Part shown: piece after piece, positions 1 through 6,119 of the stretch
How positions within the stretch are numbered: the first letter of the stretch is position 1
Layout: every line of letters starts with the position of its first letter
NCBI GenBank assembly: GCA_000388065.2
Contig: KB932204.1
Direction: 5' to 3' (one strand)
Length of the DNA stretch: 9,508 nucleotides
Source: Fonticula alba ATCC 38817
Taxonomy: Eukaryota > Protista > Nucleariida
Notes under the pieces: generated by a model
Told to the model about the DNA's origin: nothing
What the model saw: only the letters and a program-made list of their open reading frames with translations
Database searches by the model: none
Made by a program: the position numbers and the translations under genes

Positions 1-62
1 CCCCCCCCCCCCCCCCCCCCCTCGCCGCCGACCCAGTCTCCGCGCTACGCACGCACAGAGGC

Positions 63-2504
63 ATGTCCGCGCGGCTTTTCTCCATTCTCTGTTGCGGAGG
101 CAGTTCGGAAAGCAGCCAATCTACCAGATCCCACACCACCCCCCACGGCAAGGCCGGCGGGACAGCATCCTCGGCATCGGCCAGCTCGGCCGGCCAGCAC
201 ATCCCCCTGAGCGAGCAGCCCGGCGCCCCGAAGACGGCGGCCCACCTCCCCCCCCACACGCCGGCCAGCCCGGAGCACCACCCCCCGCAGCAGGCCCAAC
301 ACCAAGCCAAGGGCGCCATGGCGACGCCTGACGGCACGAACCCCGGCGGGGCGGCCCCCCCGGCCGCCGGGTCACCCATTTACTCCGCGGCCGCCGGTCC
401 CGGCAGCAGCAGCAACCCGCTGGCCAGTGTCGGGTACAGCGCGGCGGCGGTGTCCGGCACGGCCGGGGCCGGCGGGCCGGCCGACGGCGAGTGTCTGGCC
501 ACGTCGCTGAACCTGCTGGGGGATGTGCCGGCCCACCGGGCCGGGCGCAAGGTCCTGGTCCTGGACCTGGACGAGACGCTGGTGCACTCGTCCTTCCGGC
601 CGGTCGACCGGCCGGACTTCAGCGTGCCCGTGGAGATCGAGGGCCAGACGCACCGGGTCCATGTGCGCAAGCGCCCGTATGTCGATGCCTTCCTGCTGGC
701 CGTGGCCAAGCACTATGAGGTTGTGGTCTACACGGCCAGCCTGGCCAAGGTGCGTCGCTGTTGGGGTGTTCCTTGGCTGGGCATTCGGCGCGCGCGCGGG
801 TGCGTATGCTTGTGCATGTCTCTGACTTGATGATGCTGTGTCTTTCCGTTTTGCCTTGCGGTGTGTGCGCCCGTGTGTGTCTCCGTGTGTGTCTCCGTGC
901 GTGTCTCCGTGCGTGTCTCCGTGCGTGTCTTCGCATGTGACTCCGTACATGTCTGTGCATGTCCGTGCATGTCTCCGTATGTGACCCCGTGCATGCCCGT
1001 GCATGCCCGTGCATGTCCGTACGCGACTCCATGCGTGCCGCCGCCCGCCCGCGCGATGGCTCTCCTTTCTCGCGCACACACATACACACAGTACGCCGAC
1101 CCGGTGCTCGACCGGCTGGACCCCACCGGGGTCATCACGTCGCGGCTCTTCCGCGAGGCATGCTCCCTCTACCGGGACCAGTATGTGAAGGACCTGTCAC
1201 GGCTGGGCCGGCCGCTGGGGGATTGCATTTTGATCGACAACTCCCCGGCCTCGTATGCCTTCCACCCGGCCTACTCGATCCCCATCACCACCTGGCTGGA
1301 GGACCACCGCTGCTCGGAGCTCCTGGAGCTCCTGCCGCTGCTGATCGAGGACAGCGTGCACATTGCCGCCGGGGGGCCGGGCGGCAAGCCGGGCGAGTCC
1401 CACACCGCCGGCGGTGGGGGACCGGGCAGCAGCGGCGGCGGCGGCGGCGGCGGCGGCAAGGCCGATGACCCCCAGCAGCAGCAGCAGCACGGCGCCGACC
1501 CGGACGCCGGGCCGGCGGGGCTCCCCTGCGAGTGTGGCCGGGCCACGGCCGGGGCCGGGGCCCTCCCCGGGGCCGGGGGCTCCGGCTGCGGCGATGTCAC
1601 CGTGCCGATGTCCAATGCGGCCGGCATGACGGCCGAGAATTACCGGCGGTGGGTGCGCCGGCGAGCGGAGATCGCCGCGGTGGCGGAGCTGGCCCGGCCG
1701 ACCTTCGCCCGGCCGGACGCCACGGCCTTCCCCCCGAAGGAGTCGACCGTGGAGCCGGACGGCGGCCGGTCCGATGCCCTGGTGGACCTGCTCCTGCGGC
1801 GGTACCTGACCCCGGCGGAGCTGGCGTGCCTGGCGCGGGCCGAAACCCGGACCCGGGCCCGGTGGCCCGGCGGCCAGGCGCCCCCGCACCTGCCGGCCAC
1901 GCAGTACTCGCAGGCTGTGCCGGAGACGGACCTGACCCCGGAGGCGGCGCTGGCCCTGCCCCGGCCGGAGGAGAACCCGCCCATGGCCGACATCGAGGCG
2001 GACATCATGCTTTGCGGCCCGGACCCGGCGCCCTTCGGGCAGAATGACGAGTACCTGCGCCTGGCGGCGCTGGCCCTGGCCGGGGTAGACCCGGGGCCAG
2101 TGCCGCAGGGCGCGGCCATGGGCCCGGTCCGCGCCCTGGCCCTGGCTGGCCCGGCCCGGCCGGATGAGCTGGCCGCGGCGCAGGCGGCCGTCGCCGCGCG
2201 CGCTGCCAGCCGCGCCGCCGGCAGCGGCAGCGGCAGCACCTCGCCCACTTCGGCCGAGGCCGCGGCGCAGGCGCCGCCCTCGCCCACGGCCACCGCGGCG
2301 ACGGCGGCCCTGCCGCCGGCCTCCTCGGAGGAGGGCGGCCCCTCGCCGGCGGGCGAGGCGCTGCCGGTTGCCCCGGCGTCCAAGCAGCTGGCCGCCGAGG
2401 CGGACCGCCCCCTGCCGGCTGGCGACCGGGCCGACGATGACCCGGCCACCGCCGGCTGCCAGGAGGCCTTCGCGCGCATGGAGGTCTCGGCCCCGGCGTC
2501 CTGA
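63..2504 (+). CDS. FCP1/SCP-family (NIF domain) HAD-like protein phosphatase, Psr1/Psr2/CTDSP-like; join(63..749,1092..2504), 699 aa
   Basis: HAD motif I VLVLDLDETLVHS (DLDETL at 564-581); splicing AAG|GTGCGT..CACAG|TAC joins VYTASLAK to YADPVLDRLD, the canonical family sequence; downstream RLFREAC, YVKDLSRLGR, LIDNSPASYAFHP; N-terminal FSILCC resembles the yeast Psr1/2 N-terminus (recalled, not searched). Confidence 0.93.
750..1091 (+). other. Intron 1 of phosphatase gene (342 nt, phase 0)
   Basis: GTGCGT donor at 750, CACAG acceptor ending 1091; removal restores the conserved LAK-YAD junction. Confidence 0.92.
871..1038. repeat. Composite intronic minisatellite: 5 x 12-mer CCGTGYGTGTCT followed by degenerate 10/12-mers CCGTGCATGY
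   Basis: 12-mer copies at 871, 883, 895, 907, 919; CCGTGCATGY copies at 963, 987, 997, 1007. Confidence 0.9.
1434..1487 (+). repeat. Coding trinucleotide repeats (GGC)8 and (CAG)5 encoding polyGly/polyGln linker
   Basis: GGC x8 at 1434-1457; CAG x5 at 1473-1487, in the phosphatase frame just after the catalytic domain. Confidence 0.85.
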
Positions 2505-3164
2505 GGGGGGCGACATGCGCGCCGGCCCCCGTGTATCGGCGGGGGCCGCTCGCCCCCCCCCTCCCCCTGTGTATCTCTGCCCCGTCTCCCTCGGCCATAT
2601 GTGTGAGACGCGCAAGCCTCCAACCGCGTGCTGCGTGCCCCCCCCCCCCCCCCATACGCGCACATGCTCCCTCCTGGCAGTACCCGAGCCGCGGTGTCCG
2701 CGCCTGTGTCCGTGCCTGTGTTTGTGTGTGCGCGCGCGCGTGTCTGCATGCTCCTTGGCGCCGCGCCCCCTTCCGTCGCTCTCCCTTTCCGTCCTTTCTG
2801 TGTCCTGCCAGGCCCACGCCCCTGCGTGCGCGGGGGCCGTGCGGCCTCGCGCGCGCGTGTGCCGCCGAGACAAGAAAGAAAGTAGGCAGGGAGACGGCCG
2901 TGCCTGTCAGTGTCGGCCGGCCGTCGCCTGCCTGTTCGCCTTCCTCCCCTCCCTCTTCCCTCCCTTTTCACATATGCCCCGGCTGCGCTCGCGGTGTGCG
3001 TTGCCCTGCGCGCGCGCGCGCCCACACACGTGCACATCGCGCCGGGGGCGGAAGGGGCGGCGCGGGGGCCGGGGTCGAGGAGCATCCGCGTGCTGCCTCT
3101 CCTGCTCCCCCTCCCCCCTGAGAACCGTTCTTCAGTCTGCCCTCCCCTCCGCCATCTTCCTGCG

Positions 3165-3277
3165 GTGTGTGTGTGTGTGTGTGTGGGCTGCTTCCTCCCT
3201 CCCCCCTCCCCCAATATAGACCCCGTCTCACTTGCCGCCGACAGCCAGGAGTGTGTGCGTGTGTGTGTGTGTGTGTG
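3165..3277. repeat. (GT)n microsatellites between convergent genes
   Basis: (GT)10 at 3165-3184 and an imperfect GT run at 3251-3277. Confidence 0.9.
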
Positions 3278-3310
3278 GGTGGGCGGGTGGGTGTGCACTG
3301 GCGCGAGGAA

Positions 3311-3400
3311 GCCGGGCCATGCACGGGTCCACACAGGCAGCCGGGCCATGCACGGGGCCACACAGGCAGCCGGGCCATGCACGGGGCCACACAGGCAGCC
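3311..3400. repeat. Tandem repeat, 3 x 29 bp (GCCGGGCCATGCACGGGKCCACACAGGCA)
   Basis: Units at 3311-3339, 3340-3368, 3369-3397 with one mismatch in the first; no spacers. Confidence 0.93.
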
Positions 3401-3516
3401 GCATGCAAGCGCCCGGTGGTGACGCGCTTCCCGAAGGCAGGAGGCCAAACAATGGCCGGCAACACAACGACCCACGGCGGGGAGGAGGGCATTTCCATTG
3501 GATGGCCGGCGCCGGC

Positions 3517-4666
3517 TCAATGCCCGGCACGGCGCCGGGGGGCGGACAGGCCGACCGCCGGGCCCTGGGACAGGACGGCCGGGGGGCGGGGGCCGGCGTC
3601 GGCCGGGCCGATGGCCGGCGTCGGCGGCGTGCCAGTCCCGCCGCCCCCGAGGGACCCGCGCACCAGGCTGGCCATTTCGGCCTGGGCCTGGCGCATCTCC
3701 TCCACATCCATGGAGTTGAAGATGAGCGAGCTGAGCCACATCATGCCCAGGGGCAGGCCCAGGGACAGCATGAGCGGGTGCGTGGCAATCCCGTACAGGG
3801 TCCAGGAGGAGGTGCGCGCACGGAAGGGCCGGAAGAGCCCGGTCGGCCGGAGCTGCACCACCATCGGCGCCGCGTCCAGGGCCTGCGCATCGGGGAACAC
3901 CCGCCAGGGGGGGTACAGGCACCCGGCCCCCTGGACCTCGAGAATGTATGCGGCCTGGCGATCGAGCGAGTCGCTGGCCGGGGGGCAGGGGCGCAGGGGG
4001 GCGAGGACAGGCGCGAGTCAGCCCCGGGGCGCGCGAGCAGGCGAGGAGGAGGGCGGGGAGGGGGGTCCGGCAGGAGGAGCCCCATGGGCAAGGGGGAGAC
4101 GCACAAGACGAAGCTCCCGTCGCGCCGGACAGGGGTCACAATGGCCGGCCGGGCGGGGGCCGCGGTGGGGCCGGCCGGCCCGGGTACCGGCGTGGCGCGG
4201 ACGTGGGCCGCGGCCGTGATCGGGCCGCACATGTCTGTGCGCATGTGCGTGCGTGTGTGTGTGTGTGTGTGCGGATGTCAGCAGGTGGCCAGCCGGGGCG
4301 CATGCAACGGCAACAAGGGCGCATACCCTCGCGAAGGAGCTTGCCGGAGAAGGCTCGCCGCGAGGCGGGATCGGTGTTTGGCCGGAGGAACACCACCTCG
4401 GTGCTGGGACCGGGGGAAGAGCACACCCAGGGGAGGGGGAGGGGGGAGGGAGGGGGAGGGTACGTGGAGTGGCGGGGGGTCAGCAGCGCGCATCGGGGTC
4501 ACGGTGCCGGGGGATGCCAGCTACGGGGCGCGCACGTTTCGGTGGCGGCGCCAGCGGCGGCCGGCCCGGGCAGGTGCGCCAGCGACAGAAGGGCCAAGAG
4601 CAGGGCCAGGACCAGCAGGCAGGCCGGGCGCTGCGCCCGTTGCCCAGGCAGGCGCGTGTATGTCAT
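3517..4666 (-). CDS. EMC7: ER membrane protein complex subunit 7-like (EMC7/DUF2012); complement join(4666..4536,4403..4327,4234..4105,3973..3517), 264 aa
   Basis: Exon 1 gives signal peptide MTYTRLPGQRAQRPACLLVLALLLALLSLAHLPGPAAA; three GT-AG introns with compatible phases (2,1,2); spliced protein reads RRDGSFVFDSLDRQAAYILEVQGAGCLYPPWRV, then SWTLYGIATHPLMLSLGLPLGMMWLSSLIFNSMDVEEMRQAQAEM, matching the EMC7 pattern (DGSF..Y.VEV, then W...NPM...LP TM followed by D.EMR.EM) as recalled; total 795 nt, a multiple of 3. Confidence 0.8.
3974..4104 (-). other. EMC7 intron 3 (131 nt)
   Basis: GTGCGT donor, GCCAG acceptor, CTGAC at 4021-4017; joins DGSFVF to DSLDRQAAYILEV. Confidence 0.82.
4235..4326 (-). 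other. EMC7 intron 2 (92 nt) containing a (CA)n run
   Basis: GTATGC donor, CACAG acceptor, CTGAC at 4281-4277; frame preserved. Confidence 0.75.
4404..4535 (-). other. EMC7 intron 1 (132 nt)
   Basis: GTGCGC donor, CCCAG acceptor, CTGAC at 4483-4479; frame preserved. Confidence 0.75.
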
Positions 4667-4722
4667 GGGAAGGGAGGCGAGCGGGGAAGGGAAATGCGCG
4701 GTGGAGGAGGGGGGGGGGGGGG

Positions 4723-4847
4723 NNNNNNNNNNNNNNNNNNNNNNNNNNNNNNNNNNNNNNNNNNNNNNNNNNNNNNNNNNNNNNNNNNNNNNNNNNNNNN
4801 NNNNNNNNNNNNNNNNNNNNNNNNNNNNNNNNNNNNNNNNNNNNNNN
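4723..4847. other. Assembly gap (125 N) flanked by poly-G on both sides
   Basis: N run seen directly; G runs at 4709-4722 and 4848-4865. Confidence 0.99.
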
Positions 4848-5522
4848 GGGGGGGGGGGGGGGGGGACGCACGCCTAAACGCCCAGGCGCCCCGGGACGGG
4901 TGCGGTGGCTTGGTCTCCCCTCTCGGAGGCTGTCCGGCGGCCCCCGGCGGCAGGGAGCAATATCGTTGGCAGCAGGGGCACAATGCCCGGGCGTGGTCAC
5001 GGCGCCGCTGGCTCCCACGCGCAGGGGCTGCTCACGCGAGTCCGCGGGCCTTGGGGGCTCGTTGCTTTGGGGTCATGTGGACGCGGAGCACCACCACCCG
5101 GGACGTTCTGGTGTGTGTGTCTGTGTGAAGCAGGGTCTGTCCGTGGACTTTGCAGGCCCACCGCCAGCCGGAGGCATGGGGCAGGCGGCCTCCCTCCGAC
5201 GAGGATATACGCCTATTAAAATGGACAACTTGCTGCTTGTTTGGCTCTCTTGCGTGCTGGTGGTGGTGGCGGTGGCGGCGATCGGCCAGGAGCCTGGCGG
5301 CCTCTCCTCTCCCGGCCGGCTGGGGCCTGGGTCCCGGCGGGGACGTCTCGCGAAAGGCACCCGGAGGCATGTGACCCGGGCGCGCCAACATGATCGGACA
5401 ATGGGCAGCACGTCCTGACACCCGGGCCTCGCTCAAAGCAGGCTTCTGTCAGAGGCGCCTCCTTCTCGACAAGCGGGGGATTAATATGAACGCGGCGGTG
5501 TGCCGCCCGGCGAGGGGGGGGG

Positions 5523-6098
5523 NNNNNNNNNNNNNNNNNNNNNNNNNNNNNNNNNNNNNNNNNNNNNNNNNNNNNNNNNNNNNNNNNNNNNNNNNNNNNN
5601 NNNNNNNNNNNNNNNNNNNNNNNNNNNNNNNNNNNNNNNNNNNNNNNNNNNNNNNNNNNNNNNNNNNNNNNNNNNNNNNNNNNNNNNNNNNNNNNNNNNN
5701 NNNNNNNNNNNNNNNNNNNNNNNNNNNNNNNNNNNNNNNNNNNNNNNNNNNNNNNNNNNNNNNNNNNNNNNNNNNNNNNNNNNNNNNNNNNNNNNNNNNN
5801 NNNNNNNNNNNNNNNNNNNNNNNNNNNNNNNNNNNNNNNNNNNNNNNNNNNNNNNNNNNNNNNNNNNNNNNNNNNNNNNNNNNNNNNNNNNNNNNNNNNN
5901 NNNNNNNNNNNNNNNNNNNNNNNNNNNNNNNNNNNNNNNNNNNNNNNNNNNNNNNNNNNNNNNNNNNNNNNNNNNNNNNNNNNNNNNNNNNNNNNNNNNN
6001 NNNNNNNNNNNNNNNNNNNNNNNNNNNNNNNNNNNNNNNNNNNNNNNNNNNNNNNNNNNNNNNNNNNNNNNNNNNNNNNNNNNNNNNNNNNNNNNNNN
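5523..6098. other. Assembly gap (576 N) covering the proximal RPT5 promoter/5' leader
   Basis: N run seen directly; ends 21 nt before the RPT5 ATG. Confidence 0.99.
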
Positions 6099-6119
6099 AC
6101 CCGCTCCCCTCCAGTTGCC

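Noticed and set aside
861-1091. N-terminal part of the 547-aa ORF (MCAPVCVSV...) as coding
   Set aside because: It is translated intronic minisatellite; the true frame enters at 1092 by splicing.
3311-3400. 29-bp repeat as a CRISPR array
   Set aside because: Units are directly adjacent with no spacers, the context is eukaryotic, and no cas genes are present.
1197-3922. Long minus-strand ORFs (558 aa, 760 aa) and the 728-aa plus ORF from 3232
   Set aside because: Shadow frames of GC-rich coding DNA with few stops; Arg/Gly/Pro-rich, run through microsatellites or N gaps, and show no recognisable motifs.
4866-5522. Structured ncRNA (U3, SRP, snRNA) or Rpn4/PACE element in the divergent intergenic region
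   Set aside because: No recognisable box or Sm-site motifs. GGTGGC occurs but never as GGTGGCAAA, and it is expected by chance at this GC content.
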